Shown one piece after another: positions 10,658 to 20,334 of a stretch of 64,000 bases of DNA. Positions within the stretch are counted from its first letter, which is position 1. Every line of letters starts with the position of its first letter. A program made the position numbers and the translations under genes. Origin of the DNA: an uncultured virus (IMG/VR IMGVR_UViG_3300033121_001607) (lineage: Duplodnaviria > Heunggongvirae > Uroviricota > Caudoviricetes); IMG/VR virus record IMGVR_UViG_3300033121_001607, one strand, 5' to 3'. The notes beneath the pieces were generated by a model. It did not search any database and was not told the DNA's origin. It saw nothing but the letters and a program-made list of their open reading frames with translations.

Positions 10658-10687
10658 ATAATCTCCTATTTCTAGGAAATTATCGAC
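10658..10687 (-). promoter_or_regulatory. GTCGATAA box overlapping an RBS-sequestering hairpin upstream of ruvC
   Basis: Minus strand GTCG-ATAATTTCCTA-GAAA-TAGGAGATTAT: 11-bp stem with a GAAA loop; AGGAG lies in the 3' arm. Confidence 0.65.
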
Positions 10688-10688
10688 A

Positions 10689-11624
10689 TTAGATACCTAG
10701 TGACTCTATAGTGCTTTGCAAGCCTTCTTCAAAAGTAAACTTGGGCTCATATCCAAGAACTTTCCTGGCAAGCTGTATTGAGGGGCATGTTCTCATAACA
10801 TCACCAGGCCTAAATGGAGCCTGTTCTATATCAACATTGAATCTCGAAGAAATCATCTCAAGTATTTCATTATTGCTAATTTCTGTTCCGCTAGCAATAT
10901 TAATTGGAATCCCTTTTAGATCACCTTCATATGTAGCTGCAAGAATGTTAGCTTGAACAATATCCTCAACATAAACCATATCCCGGCTTTGTTCTCCAGT
11001 TCCGTCTTTTCTAAGAGGCATATTATTTTTAATAGCATTTAGCCAAGCACTAACGGCTGTTGCATAGGCCCCTGTAAGATATTGATACGGCCCATAAACA
11101 TTGAAATATCTCAACGACACAGCATCAAATCCTTGAGTTCTGCTACTAAACTCAATAAGTTGCTCGCATAAGAGTTTTTGTAATCCATAAGGCGATTCAG
11201 GTTTCTTTTCAGAGCCTTCTGTCGTTGGAAAAACATTTGTATTACCATAAACAGCAGCAGAAGAAGCAAAAACAACTCGACCTATATTGGAATTTTTTGA
11301 TATCTCAGAGAGCATTATAAGCGTTGTTTCTTGAACATTATTTCTAAAAGATGCATAAGGTCTCTCAACTGAATAAGATACACTCGGTAAAGCTGCTAAA
11401 TGGAAAACAACATCAAAATCACTAAATTTTGATGTAATAACAAAAGACTTAAGATTTTGATTATAAAGCTTGAAAGAACCAGCTTTGGCTATAACTTCTC
11501 TTCGAAAAATATGCTGTTCCGTTCTACCCTCATCAACGATAACAACCTCCCACCCAAGCGATAAACACTTGAGAGCGAGGTTGCATCCTATAAAACCCAG
11601 CCCTCCACTAATAAGAACTCGCAT
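10689..11624 (-). CDS. NAD-dependent nucleotide-sugar epimerase/dehydratase (extended SDR)
   Basis: MRVLISGGLGFIG, HLAA, ASSAAVYG, YGLQK, RYFNVYGP; start placed at ATG 11624 after GGAG. Confidence 0.9.
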   Translation of the reverse strand: MRVLISGGLGFIGCNLALKCLSLGWEVVIVDEGRTEQHIFRREVIAKAGSFKLYNQNLKSFVITSKFSDFDVVFHLAALPSVSYSVERPYASFRNNVQETTLIMLSEISKNSNIGRVVFASSAAVYGNTNVFPTTEGSEKKPESPYGLQKLLCEQLIEFSSRTQGFDAVSLRYFNVYGPYQYLTGAYATAVSAWLNAIKNNMPLRKDGTGEQSRDMVYVEDIVQANILAATYEGDLKGIPINIASGTEISNNEILEMISSRFNVDIEQAPFRPGDVMRTCPSIQLARKVLGYEPKFTFEEGLQSTIESLGI

Positions 11625-12486
11625 TTTGTTTCTCCATAAATTTAGCAAAATCAAGATACTTAATATACTTTCTATTCAATCTATTTTGCTCGGAAGAGCT
11701 ATCATAAAGTTTTTCTAATATATTAATGGCGTTCTTGCCTTCATATACTATTGTGCAAACCTTGCCATTATTGTACGGTTTGCGCATTTTGCATTGTATT
11801 TCTTCAGAAATAAATTCGTTGAGAGATTCAATAAAATCATAAGAACCAATAAATGATATTCTCCAATGAATATATAATTTTCCCTTAGAAAAGTTCTTTA
11901 CAAAATAAACAGAACCGTCACCGTCAAAATATCCTCGAATAAAATGCCACATATATTCTTTTGGAATTTGAGGCATTTTTAGAATCAAACTTTTGCAAGA
12001 ATAGACTCCCAAAGCATTCAAGTCTTGCACATGCTCAAAATTTCCCACTCTCAATCGCATACACTTGCCGGATTTAGTTAGAGGTCCAGAATAATTAAGA
12101 ATAGTTTTTATCTTCTCTAAAGGTTCTGAATCTTTTTGAGTAATACTGTAAACATATTTGTTCTCTATATTCCCATCAGAACAAATAAAACCAAGCACCC
12201 ACGCCATATCTTTAGACCAAAATCTGAAAAAGTCATTTTTAGATGAATATAATATCTTATTATGTTTTCCGTATTGATGATTTAATCTTCCAGAATTAGA
12301 TTCTGAGTTTGTTCTTCTATTTATGCCAAAAAATTTCATCCAATTAATTATTGTTGCATGATTGACGCCTATCTTTTTAGATATTTTTACTGTTGACAGC
12401 ATATTATCAATATATTGATGTTTTAAATATTTTTCAATATCTTGCCCAACAATCTTCTCTATTTCTAACATTTTGTAACTTTTCAT
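11608..12486 (-). mobile_element. Free-standing LAGLIDADG homing endonuclease with N-terminal HTH
   Basis: Two motifs, LGFICSDG and IRGYFDGDG; C-terminal LNRKY; start codon uncertain (12486, 12471 or 12555). Confidence 0.85.
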
Positions 12487-12539
12487 ACTATATACATGCA
12501 ACGTACTGCACCCAAATCCTCCTGTAAATTCAGGAATAA

Positions 12540-12570
12540 AAATAAACCTCCACATAATGAAGGTTTATTT
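12540..12570 (-). terminator. 13-bp hairpin followed by a U-rich tract at the left edge of the HEG insertion (in transcription order)
   Basis: AAATAAACCTTCA-TTATG-TGGAGGTTTATTT followed by TTATT on the minus strand. Confidence 0.5.
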
Positions 12571-12600
12571 CCCAAGTCCACCAGTTATCAATACCCTCAT
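12565..12600 (-). pseudogene. 11-codon remnant/duplicate of the epimerase 5' end (MRVLITGGLGK*)
   Basis: AAGGTG RBS + ATG AGG GTA TTG ATA ACT GGT GGA CTT GGG AAA TAA; matches MRVLISGGLG at 11624. Confidence 0.8.
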
Positions 12601-12636
12601 AAATCACCTTATTAGGGCGTTAAAGGGTATTATAGC

Positions 12637-12966
12637 TTACTTTTTACCCTTAGCCTTTTTTGTATTCGTTTTTTTGGCTGCTTTTTCCTTCTGGGCGATC
12701 TTTTCAGGAAAGGTCACAGCGCCAAGAGCCGCTTCTTTTTGCAGACTAGAAAGCAGTATCCAAACCTCTCCTGCAATTTTACCTACTATTTGACGATATT
12801 CTGCGCCTGGATCTTTCTTAATTGCAACAACAGTAAAATCGTCGTTATAAGAGGAATTCTTGTAATGAAACTTCTGCCCAATCGGAAAGGCATGACTTTC
12901 TGCAATGCTTTTGCTAATAATTTCACCATGAAAAAGAATGGATTGATCTCTATCAGACTTTGGCAT
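12637..12966 (-). CDS. Hypothetical protein, Lys-rich tail
   Basis: ORF overlapping the dnaJ stop, with GGAG RBS. Confidence 0.6.
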   Translation of the reverse strand: MPKSDRDQSILFHGEIISKSIAESHAFPIGQKFHYKNSSYNDDFTVVAIKKDPGAEYRQIVGKIAGEVWILLSSLQKEAALGAVTFPEKIAQKEKAAKKTNTKKAKGKK

Positions 12967-14080
12967 TTTTCTTCTCCTTTTTAAGGTACTTCAATACAGA
13001 TTGCTTGAACTCGTGAGTCCTTGGAGTATTATCGACCGTTTCTTCAACAGCAAGCTTCTTGGCTATCTTTTGAACCTCTGCGGTATTGGTCACTGTTTCA
13101 ACAGAAATGATAACGATTATATTACCTCGACCGCCTTTTCGGTAAAGGCCTTTAGTATGAATTACAAATTTATCATTAGTAGACACTCCTGAAGGAATTG
13201 TAATTTTTTCAAAACCCCCTTCAAGTAATGGTATTTCTATTGTAGTACCAAGAATAGCTTCTGACATTGTAATATATGCTTCAATAACAAGATCGTAATT
13301 ATTCGTCATATCAAATAATTCGTGTTCTTCTGGATGAACTCGGATATAACAATCGCCCTTTCTACCTTTAGGAGATGAATGATAACCATGACCCGCAACC
13401 CGGAGAGCAGTACCGTAAACAAATTTAGAAGGAATATCAACATCTACCTTAACGTGCTTTTCTATTAAACCGCCAATACAGTCTTTACATAAATCGCTAT
13501 CATTAATAGAAAAACCAGAGCCTTGGCACTCATCGCATGACGAAACCATTTGCATAACCTGATTCTGCCCCATAACATGATTCATTACAATGCGACCAGA
13601 GCCTCTGCACTTCTTGCATTTATCTTTCTTAGCCCCCGCTTTAACTCCCTCGCCATTACAAGAACCACAAACTTCTGTTGTAGAGAAGCTAACGCTCTTC
13701 TTGACTCCGCAAATAGAATCTTCAAACGAGCATGAAACGTCGCAAAACGTGTCCCGTCCATGCATAGAACTATGCTGATTTTGGTTTCTAAAGAAATCTC
13801 TAAATACATCATTAACAGACCCTTGAAAATTAGAATAATCATTATTGAAGTTTATATCAGGTCCGCCTCTTTGCTTAAAGTGGTCATATTTTTGTTTCTT
13901 CTTGGGATCTGAAAGAACTTCATAAGCCTCATTAATCTCTTTGAATTTTTCTTCCGAGGATTGGTCTCCTTGATTACGGTCAGGATGGTACTTCATCGCC
14001 AATGAGCGATAAGCTTTCTTAATATCTTCTTCTGTTGCGTTTTCCGAGACTTCTAAAATGCCGTAATAATCTTTCATCAT
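12953..14080 (-). CDS. dnaJ: DnaJ chaperone (class A)
   Basis: [11 protein letters not shown] motif, four CxxC(xGxG) zinc repeats and a C-terminal domain. Confidence 0.95.
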   Translation of the reverse strand: MMKDYYGILEVSENATEEDIKKAYRSLAMKYHPDRNQGDQSSEEKFKEINEAYEVLSDPKKKQKYDHFKQRGGPDINFNNDYSNFQGSVNDVFRDFFRNQNQHSSMHGRDTFCDVSCSFEDSICGVKKSVSFSTTEVCGSCNGEGVKAGAKKDKCKKCRGSGRIVMNHVMGQNQVMQMVSSCDECQGSGFSINDSDLCKDCIGGLIEKHVKVDVDIPSKFVYGTALRVAGHGYHSSPKGRKGDCYIRVHPEEHELFDMTNNYDLVIEAYITMSEAILGTTIEIPLLEGGFEKITIPSGVSTNDKFVIHTKGLYRKGGRGNIIVIISVETVTNTAEVQKIAKKLAVEETVDNTPRTHEFKQSVLKYLKKEKKNAKV

Positions 14081-14440
14081 TTATTCCGTATCTTCTGCGT
14101 CTTCGTCTAAGTCTTCGTCTAAGTCTTCGTCAATAATGTCTTCTAAACGAAAATCTTCACCCTCTTTTGAAATATCTTGTCCATTAGCAAAAGCCTGCAT
14201 AGCAGACCTAATAAAATCATCAAGATTAAGAATGTTGCTAGTAAGCGCCCAAACCCTTTCAAGAGTCTCAGCAATATCCCTTAGCTCAGCAGCGTTCTTC
14301 GGCAATTGTCCGTCTTCTACATATCGCTTATGTGTAATCTCGATTATCTTTTCGCAAATTTCAAGAAGACGATCATGGTCTATACCGTAATCATCAAGCG
14401 GCGGATTTTGATCATTATCTTTTGAATCTTTTTCTGACAT
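14081..14440 (-). CDS. Acidic hypothetical protein
   Basis: GGAGG RBS; DEDL repeat tail. Confidence 0.6.
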   Translation of the reverse strand: MSEKDSKDNDQNPPLDDYGIDHDRLLEICEKIIEITHKRYVEDGQLPKNAAELRDIAETLERVWALTSNILNLDDFIRSAMQAFANGQDISKEGEDFRLEDIIDEDLDEDLDEDAEDTE

Positions 14441-14449
14441 AAGAGCCTC

Positions 14450-14719
14450 CTAATTAATTTTATATCCAATATCAGTTTGAGACGAAGTAATTTGTATTTC
14501 TTCGGAAGGCTCTGCAATATTTTTAAGAAAATCCATAAGAGCGCTCTGAAATTCTTCATTCATTGATTGATAAGCGGTAGCAAGTCCTGCTATTTCGTTG
14601 ATTGCTTCTTGCGAAGGAGAAACAATAAGCTCTTGACAAGCATCATGCAACTTTATCATTGCAGAAAATACTTGCAAACATTTTGTTTGCACTTTATTCA
14701 AATACAAGCCTTCTTCCAT
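14450..14719 (-). CDS. Hypothetical protein
   Basis: ORF tiling between neighbours. Confidence 0.55.
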   Translation of the reverse strand: MEEGLYLNKVQTKCLQVFSAMIKLHDACQELIVSPSQEAINEIAGLATAYQSMNEEFQSALMDFLKNIAEPSEEIQITSSQTDIGYKIN

Positions 14720-14722
14720 AGA

Positions 14723-15880
14723 TTATATCCTTGTTTTGCTAAGAGATTTCAATATTTTGGATATTGAAGCAGAATCTGCTACAGAACAAATAGTCATAAA
14801 TATAATATCAGCAATTAAGCCAGCCTCCCCATGAGAAGCGCATGTTCTTGCTAAAATCAGGCAATCTTCAATGCATTTAACTATAAGATATAGATCTTTC
14901 CGGGAATAAAGCTCCACTTGAGGCTTCCTTCCATAATTACCAGAAACAGCCATAGAGCATGCTCTTTGATTCCAAACAGGAATGGGTTTATCTTTATCTT
15001 GGCCTGATTCTATTAAGTTGGTTTTGGTAATAGCTTTTAAACCTGAAGTCTCAAAACCAACTTTTCTAATAGAAGAAGTTTTTAAAACAGCCTCTTCAGT
15101 AGAAGCCCCATTCGCCAGTAATTCTTTCATACAAAGAAGCATGCGGTATTTCCAAGCCATCATTGGTAAGACTTCATTAATCGCCTTTATTGGATCAGAG
15201 TTTGAGGCAACGCATTTACTGAAAGCATTCAAGCACTTTTCATAGTTACGCTCATCACAAGCATTCATCAAACTCCATATAATAAAACTATTGTAGAATG
15301 CAGCGGTTGAAATAACATCTTCAAAAGAATAAGTCTTTTTACCCGGAGCATATAGCGTCAATCTTTGTAAAGTTGATTCCAAAGGATCAAGGGCTGTTTC
15401 TTTATTATCCTTAACAAGCATTGCATTTTCCGCAATAGCTGAAACAGCTTCTTGCTCAATCTCAAAACCAAGTTCTCTGGCTCGTTTATTTATCCAATCT
15501 ATCGCCGAATTGGATACTACAGAGTCCTCAAACTCATAGAGCTTACCAAACTTTTTGACTGTATTATATATAGCTCTTGCGTCAGACGGATTTATCATAA
15601 AGAAAATAGCCCATACATTGCCATCAAGTTTTTCTATAGCAAGCTTAAACTTATCTTTTTCGCTTTCCGTCATCTTGGGAAGCGCATGGATCACAATCAA
15701 ACGATTATCCGCAAAACACGAGTTTGACGAAAGCCATGTCATAAGCTTACTGAAGAGAGTGTTTTCGTAGCAGTCAAAAGACTCGGCTCCCTCAAACTTC
15801 TCTCTAATTTTAGAAAGTAACGGCCTTGCTAGGTAGTAAGCGCCGCTTACCCACGCTGCATTGTTCTTGTTTTCAGCCAT
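14723..15880 (-). CDS. holA: DNA polymerase III delta subunit-like clamp loader protein
   Basis: SCFADNRLIVI, WINKRARELGFEIEQEAV..IAE, LQRLTLY and IWSLMNA follow the HolA pattern; adjacent to dnaN and dnaX. Confidence 0.7.
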   Translation of the reverse strand: MAENKNNAAWVSGAYYLARPLLSKIREKFEGAESFDCYENTLFSKLMTWLSSNSCFADNRLIVIHALPKMTESEKDKFKLAIEKLDGNVWAIFFMINPSDARAIYNTVKKFGKLYEFEDSVVSNSAIDWINKRARELGFEIEQEAVSAIAENAMLVKDNKETALDPLESTLQRLTLYAPGKKTYSFEDVISTAAFYNSFIIWSLMNACDERNYEKCLNAFSKCVASNSDPIKAINEVLPMMAWKYRMLLCMKELLANGASTEEAVLKTSSIRKVGFETSGLKAITKTNLIESGQDKDKPIPVWNQRACSMAVSGNYGRKPQVELYSRKDLYLIVKCIEDCLILARTCASHGEAGLIADIIFMTICSVADSASISKILKSLSKTRI

Positions 15881-15914
15881 AATAAAACTGTCGCAGCCAT
15901 TTCTGGCTGCAACA
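15881..15914 (-). terminator. GAAA-loop hairpin with short U tract between dnaN and holA
   Basis: TGTTGCAGCCA-GAAA-TGGCTGCGACA-GTTTTATT immediately before the holA ATG. Confidence 0.5.
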
Positions 15915-15920
15915 ATCCAC

Positions 15921-17177
15921 TCACTCCTTCAGCGTTGCAAAGAACACTGAGTATCTTTCCTGAAGACCGTCTTCGCTTGGCTTGTTGAAGGCAAGATAAT
16001 TACCAACACCTTTAGGGTCAGCATAATGTCTTACAACAATAGGCTGGTTAGCGTCTTCAATTTCAAACTGCAAATGTTCCTCGTCATTAGAGCGGCTAAT
16101 AATCTCGCTCATATACTTAGAAACACAGTTAATCTTGACTTCCTTTTCTGTCTCATTTGTTCCAATATCTTCGATTGGAACCTTTCTGGAAGACTTCAAG
16201 GTATGATCTGTCTTTGTATTGATAACCTTTTTAGCAAGGTCAATGTTGAGAACGCAATTGTGAACCTTATTCTCTTCTTTGAGATCTACGCTATTAGTAG
16301 CAAGAATACCCTTGATAGCATTCTTCCAGTTTACGGCCTTTGTCGTCAACTTGTATTTGCTGTCTCGCTTGAGGAAACGATTCTCGTCGGGCCATTCAAC
16401 ATTCGGATCGCAAGAATAGATATTAACTCTAATTGCTCCGCAAGTAACACAGATATATCGCTCTCCGGATTCAATTAGAATCTGGTCGCAAGCGAGTTCC
16501 TTAAGCATACCGAGAAGGATAGTTGTCTGCTCATTAGGGAACAGCATCTTGATATCGCCCTTGGCGTCAGTCATATTAGCGCCATCAACTTCTACAACAG
16601 CAAAAATAGTTCCTGTGCCAGAAACAAATCGCAACGAGTTTGTTCCAAACGAACGAAGAACCCAATAAGTAAACTGCTTATATTGTTCTTGATCTCCGTA
16701 AGCAAACATAATCTTGCTAGCATAGTTCTGGAATATGTCTCTACGGATAGAAAGCTTTGTTGGCTTTTGTCCATCAGCATTTATATCATGAAACTGACAT
16801 GGAGTCCCAACAACCGGCACCGTTTGCGCTTCGTCGCTATCCGTTATGCTTGAAATTCTTACTGTTGAACCATTGAGGAGTTCGCAAGACACCTTATCAG
16901 AAGGCGCAAACGAAGAAAGAGCATTCTCAAGATCTACGGCATTGACAGTAACCGTTCCGTCCGTATCGCAAACGTAGTCAATGTTATATGTATTATTGCC
17001 AATTTCATTCGTCGCGCTAACCTTGCCGCCGTCCGCAATTGCCTGAATATAACCATTGACAACATTCAATGTAATCAAACCGCCAAACTGGTAGTCTTTC
17101 AGAATCCCTTTCGTCGCAACAACCAAAACGGGCTTCAAACCTTTGAGTAAACCGCCAACCTGAGCCGTAAACTTCAT
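15921..17177 (-). CDS. dnaN: DNA polymerase III beta sliding clamp, divergent
   Basis: MKFT..V..LLKGLK.V start, GTVTVNA..L, LRFVSGTG, WPDENRFL, KINCVSKYMSEII; size and three-domain spacing match DnaN; gene context. Confidence 0.75.
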   Translation of the reverse strand: MKFTAQVGGLLKGLKPVLVVATKGILKDYQFGGLITLNVVNGYIQAIADGGKVSATNEIGNNTYNIDYVCDTDGTVTVNAVDLENALSSFAPSDKVSCELLNGSTVRISSITDSDEAQTVPVVGTPCQFHDINADGQKPTKLSIRRDIFQNYASKIMFAYGDQEQYKQFTYWVLRSFGTNSLRFVSGTGTIFAVVEVDGANMTDAKGDIKMLFPNEQTTILLGMLKELACDQILIESGERYICVTCGAIRVNIYSCDPNVEWPDENRFLKRDSKYKLTTKAVNWKNAIKGILATNSVDLKEENKVHNCVLNIDLAKKVINTKTDHTLKSSRKVPIEDIGTNETEKEVKINCVSKYMSEIISRSNDEEHLQFEIEDANQPIVVRHYADPKGVGNYLAFNKPSEDGLQERYSVFFATLKE

Positions 17178-17190
17178 CGTAATCTCCTTG

Positions 17191-17982
17191 TTATTTCTTC
17201 TCTTCGTACTTCGTCAGAATCTCTCTGGCTTTATGCTTAATTCGGCTAAGAGCATTGTCTACCCCCTTGATATTCACCCTAACTTTAGACCTTTTATTGT
17301 TGATTTTTTCAGCTATCTCTTCATAAGAGTATTTTTGTGCATACAAAAGATATACTTCTTTCTCAAAACTAGAAAGCGATGATAACAATAAATCTTGCAA
17401 GTTCTTGTAATATTCATTTTCTGCTGTAAGTTCACAAATATCAAGAGCATCAGGATCTGAAAGAATATTGGATAATGAAACGTCTTCTTCGCCATCATTA
17501 TTTCTTGAAGATTCTTTATATATTGAAATTGATTGATTAAGTACTCTCTTTTTATTCTGATAAGAGGACTTAAACTCTGTAGCCAAATGTCTTCTTATAC
17601 ATAGAAGAGCAAACTTATCGAAGGGCGCGGGACCGTCTCCTGTTCCTCTAGCCCTGTCGTAGTCTTTAATTGCTTTATAACGAAGAGCATAAAGAGCTTC
17701 CTGCAAGATGTCTGAATATTCATATCCAGGTATATTAAATTTAGAAACTACCTTTTGAATCTTAGGCAAAAGCATTGATAACAATTCTTCAAATGCTTTA
17801 TTTATTTCTATTTCGTCTTTTGTTTTCCTGATATTATTGATCAGTTTAATGCATCTTAGATTATTTTGGTAATCTTGTTCTATTTTATCTTTATCAGCAA
17901 ATAGATTTTGTTTTTTTGCGGATAATGTCTTGCTAACTCTTTTTGCTCCAGCCTTGTTTGTGTTTTTCTTTGGTCTGGGCAT
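17191..17982 (-). CDS. Sigma-70 family sigma factor, SigH/ComX-like
   Basis: DILQEAL..L..AIKDYD, FDKFALLCIRRHL, LNQSISI, LSSFEKEV..YSYEEIAE..KGVDNALSRIKHK closely follow the sigma-H pattern. Confidence 0.85.
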   Translation of the reverse strand: MPRPKKNTNKAGAKRVSKTLSAKKQNLFADKDKIEQDYQNNLRCIKLINNIRKTKDEIEINKAFEELLSMLLPKIQKVVSKFNIPGYEYSDILQEALYALRYKAIKDYDRARGTGDGPAPFDKFALLCIRRHLATEFKSSYQNKKRVLNQSISIYKESSRNNDGEEDVSLSNILSDPDALDICELTAENEYYKNLQDLLLSSLSSFEKEVYLLYAQKYSYEEIAEKINNKRSKVRVNIKGVDNALSRIKHKAREILTKYEEKK

Positions 17983-17994
17983 CAGTTGATAACC

Positions 17995-19101
17995 TTATGC
18001 CGCTTTTGCCTCCGTCCTGTTGAAGATAATCGAGCAAACAACAAACTTTTCCAACATCGTTTGAGGATTTATGTTTAGAGAGATCCCCCTCATAACTTCC
18101 CCAAGCAAATCTATCATCTGTATTAGCAATGGAACAGATGTAGCTTGCGATTGTACAACGAATCTCTTTTTCTCTTCTTCAGTCAGAAACAAAAGCTTTG
18201 AAGTGTCTTTAGCGGTTCTTATAACCAGTAATGTTCTAATATGTCCAACAAGTCCATCAAGAACCTCCCCGACTTCGCGGCCATCTCCCAAAATCTGGTC
18301 AATGATACGCATGGCATTTCCTGCGTCGGGTTTAAGAATCATATCGACTATATCGAAGTAATTATTCTCATCAACTGCGGCTAATGACTGTTGCGCAATC
18401 TCGACAGAGAGCTTTGACCCGTTCGCAAAGGTTAGCATAGTTTGCAGATTTTGTAGAGAGTTTCTAACAGAACCTTTAGAGAGCTTGGCCGCTATTCGAA
18501 GCGCAGCTTCGTCATAATCAAGATTTTCTGCCTTTGCAACTCGAACAAGATTCATATACAACTGATCCCAAGAAACCTTGTTAAACCGCAATGGCATACA
18601 ACGACTATGAATCGTATCTTTCAAATCCTCAGCATTAGTTGTGCAAAGAATAAAGATACAATTTGGCGGCGGCTCTTCAATCATCTTAAGAGCAGCCTCA
18701 GCAGCAGCGCCTGTCAGCCGATGAGCCTCGTCAATAATAACAAAACGACGCTTAAGGGCTATGGGAGAGTAGCGTATCGTCTCTTTTAGGTCTCTGATTT
18801 CTTCAATCTTACCTTTAGAACCAGCGTCAAACTCCATAACATCAACGGACTTGCCTTCGAAAATTGCCTGAATATCAGGATCGCTTAGATCTGGCGTAAG
18901 AGTCATGCCGTTTTTGCCATTTACAGAAGCAGCAAAAATTCTTGCGCTCGAAGTTTTTCCGCAACCAAACTTGCCGCAAAAAATGTAAGCATGATGAAGC
19001 TTACCTGACATAATAGTATTGGTCAAAATCCTGGTAACGGACTCTTGCCCGATTAGATCGGCTATCTTCTTTGGTCTGTACTTATTGGCTAGAACGCTCA
19101 T
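17995..19101 (-). CDS. dnaX: DNA polymerase III gamma/tau clamp loader ATPase (gamma-length)
   Basis: LANKYRP, HAYIFCG..GCGKTS, IIDEAH, LKMIEEPP, TIHSRC, GSVRNSL. Confidence 0.95.
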   Translation of the reverse strand: MSVLANKYRPKKIADLIGQESVTRILTNTIMSGKLHHAYIFCGKFGCGKTSSARIFAASVNGKNGMTLTPDLSDPDIQAIFEGKSVDVMEFDAGSKGKIEEIRDLKETIRYSPIALKRRFVIIDEAHRLTGAAAEAALKMIEEPPPNCIFILCTTNAEDLKDTIHSRCMPLRFNKVSWDQLYMNLVRVAKAENLDYDEAALRIAAKLSKGSVRNSLQNLQTMLTFANGSKLSVEIAQQSLAAVDENNYFDIVDMILKPDAGNAMRIIDQILGDGREVGEVLDGLVGHIRTLLVIRTAKDTSKLLFLTEEEKKRFVVQSQATSVPLLIQMIDLLGEVMRGISLNINPQTMLEKFVVCSIIFNRTEAKAA

Positions 19102-19855
19102 TTTGGTTTCCTAATTTCTTCTGCAACCATTCCCAAACTACGTCTTTTGTTTCGACTATCCCTAACTCTGGCGGGACAATAATCACTCTATCTTCTAAAA
19201 GAGACCAATCATAACCGTCAAGAGCGGTTTCGCTTGGGTGTTCGTCTCCTTGACTAACGTTTCTAGTTAGCCTTACAACAAAACCGCCATGTTGCTGAAC
19301 ACCATTCAACTCAGAAGGAAATCTTAAATCAGGTATAATCGCATAATCAACTTTTTCTTTCGCAATAAGTCTAAAAGTTGCATGAACCCAAATATATTGA
19401 CTAAACATTCTTCTGCATATATCTGTTCCAAGAACCTGCATAAGTTCTCTACCAGACATATTGCCGGATTTCAAATTAATAGGAACGGCTCCTCCAGAAT
19501 TCTTAAGGGACCAATACAATCTTTCTGGAGAAAAATCGCCAAAACCAATTGAACTTTCAAAAAGAGGAACTTGACTAACTAAGTGTCTGCCTCCAAAATC
19601 AACACACCTACCTCCATTTTCCCATCTCATAAAATCAGGAAAATTCTCCCAGAGATAGTTTGTTTTTGTATTCTTTTGCTCGTCCGTTCCCCAAACTTGT
19701 TCAGGTCGCAGTCCCATAATGTCTACAAGAAAATTCTTGAGACCGTCAGCAAAACTATACTTCTTAACAGTACCGTTTAGATGGGGAGTTATATTACTAA
19801 GCAAAGTGTCTTTACCGCTTTGCTTCTTGCCAGAAAAACCAAGAACTATCGTCAT
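19082..19855 (-). CDS. Deoxynucleoside monophosphate kinase (T4 gp1-like)
   Basis: GFSGKKQSGKDT, SFADGLK, RELMQVLGTD, IPDLRFPSE, HPSETALD. Confidence 0.85.
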   Translation of the reverse strand: MTIVLGFSGKKQSGKDTLLSNITPHLNGTVKKYSFADGLKNFLVDIMGLRPEQVWGTDEQKNTKTNYLWENFPDFMRWENGGRCVDFGGRHLVSQVPLFESSIGFGDFSPERLYWSLKNSGGAVPINLKSGNMSGRELMQVLGTDICRRMFSQYIWVHATFRLIAKEKVDYAIIPDLRFPSELNGVQQHGGFVVRLTRNVSQGDEHPSETALDGYDWSLLEDRVIIVPPELGIVETKDVVWEWLQKKLGNQNERSSQ

Positions 19856-19868
19856 TTTGTACCTCCAT

Positions 19869-20324
19869 TCAAGCCAAAGGTACAACAAAATAAACAGACT
19901 TACCAACTAGCGATTTATGATTCATACTAGAGATAAGAGCGCCCTTATCGTCAGTCATATAAATCTTCGCCTCCTCTTTGGCAGCCCCTTTGTTCGTAAA
20001 CTTTGAACCAACATAGATTCTAACAGAAGCCTTCTCGGGCGCAAATTCCACAGGATCAGTAGAGCCAATTTTATAAGTAATGAATTTACCCCCTCGCCTG
20101 TTGCCTCCATAAATAACATCGTTATCTATAGCATTCTTTTTCCCAAGAACTTCAACAAAGTAACTTTCTATATTACGCATTTGTTCAAGAGCGGACAGCG
20201 AGTTGCCAAAATTGGCAGAAGTTACCAGTTGTCTTGCCTGAGCAATTGCCTTTTCGGGGGAATCAAACGTGCCGACAATAGATCCTGTTCCGTATTCGTC
20301 TTGATTCCAAAGTTGATATTTCAT
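19869..20324 (-). CDS. Hypothetical protein
   Basis: AAGGAG RBS before ATG 20324. Confidence 0.6.
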   Translation of the reverse strand: MKYQLWNQDEYGTGSIVGTFDSPEKAIAQARQLVTSANFGNSLSALEQMRNIESYFVEVLGKKNAIDNDVIYGGNRRGGKFITYKIGSTDPVEFAPEKASVRIYVGSKFTNKGAAKEEAKIYMTDDKGALISSMNHKSLVGKSVYFVVPLA

Positions 20325-20334
20325 TAGTTTCTCC

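Noticed and set aside
11608..12564. Group I intron around the LAGLIDADG ORF
   Set aside because: Only about 80 nt lie upstream of the ORF and none downstream for a ribozyme core, and the downstream gene has its own RBS and start.
14095..14131. 12-nt tandem repeat (GTCTTCGTCTAA)
   Set aside because: Simply encodes the DEDL acidic tail.
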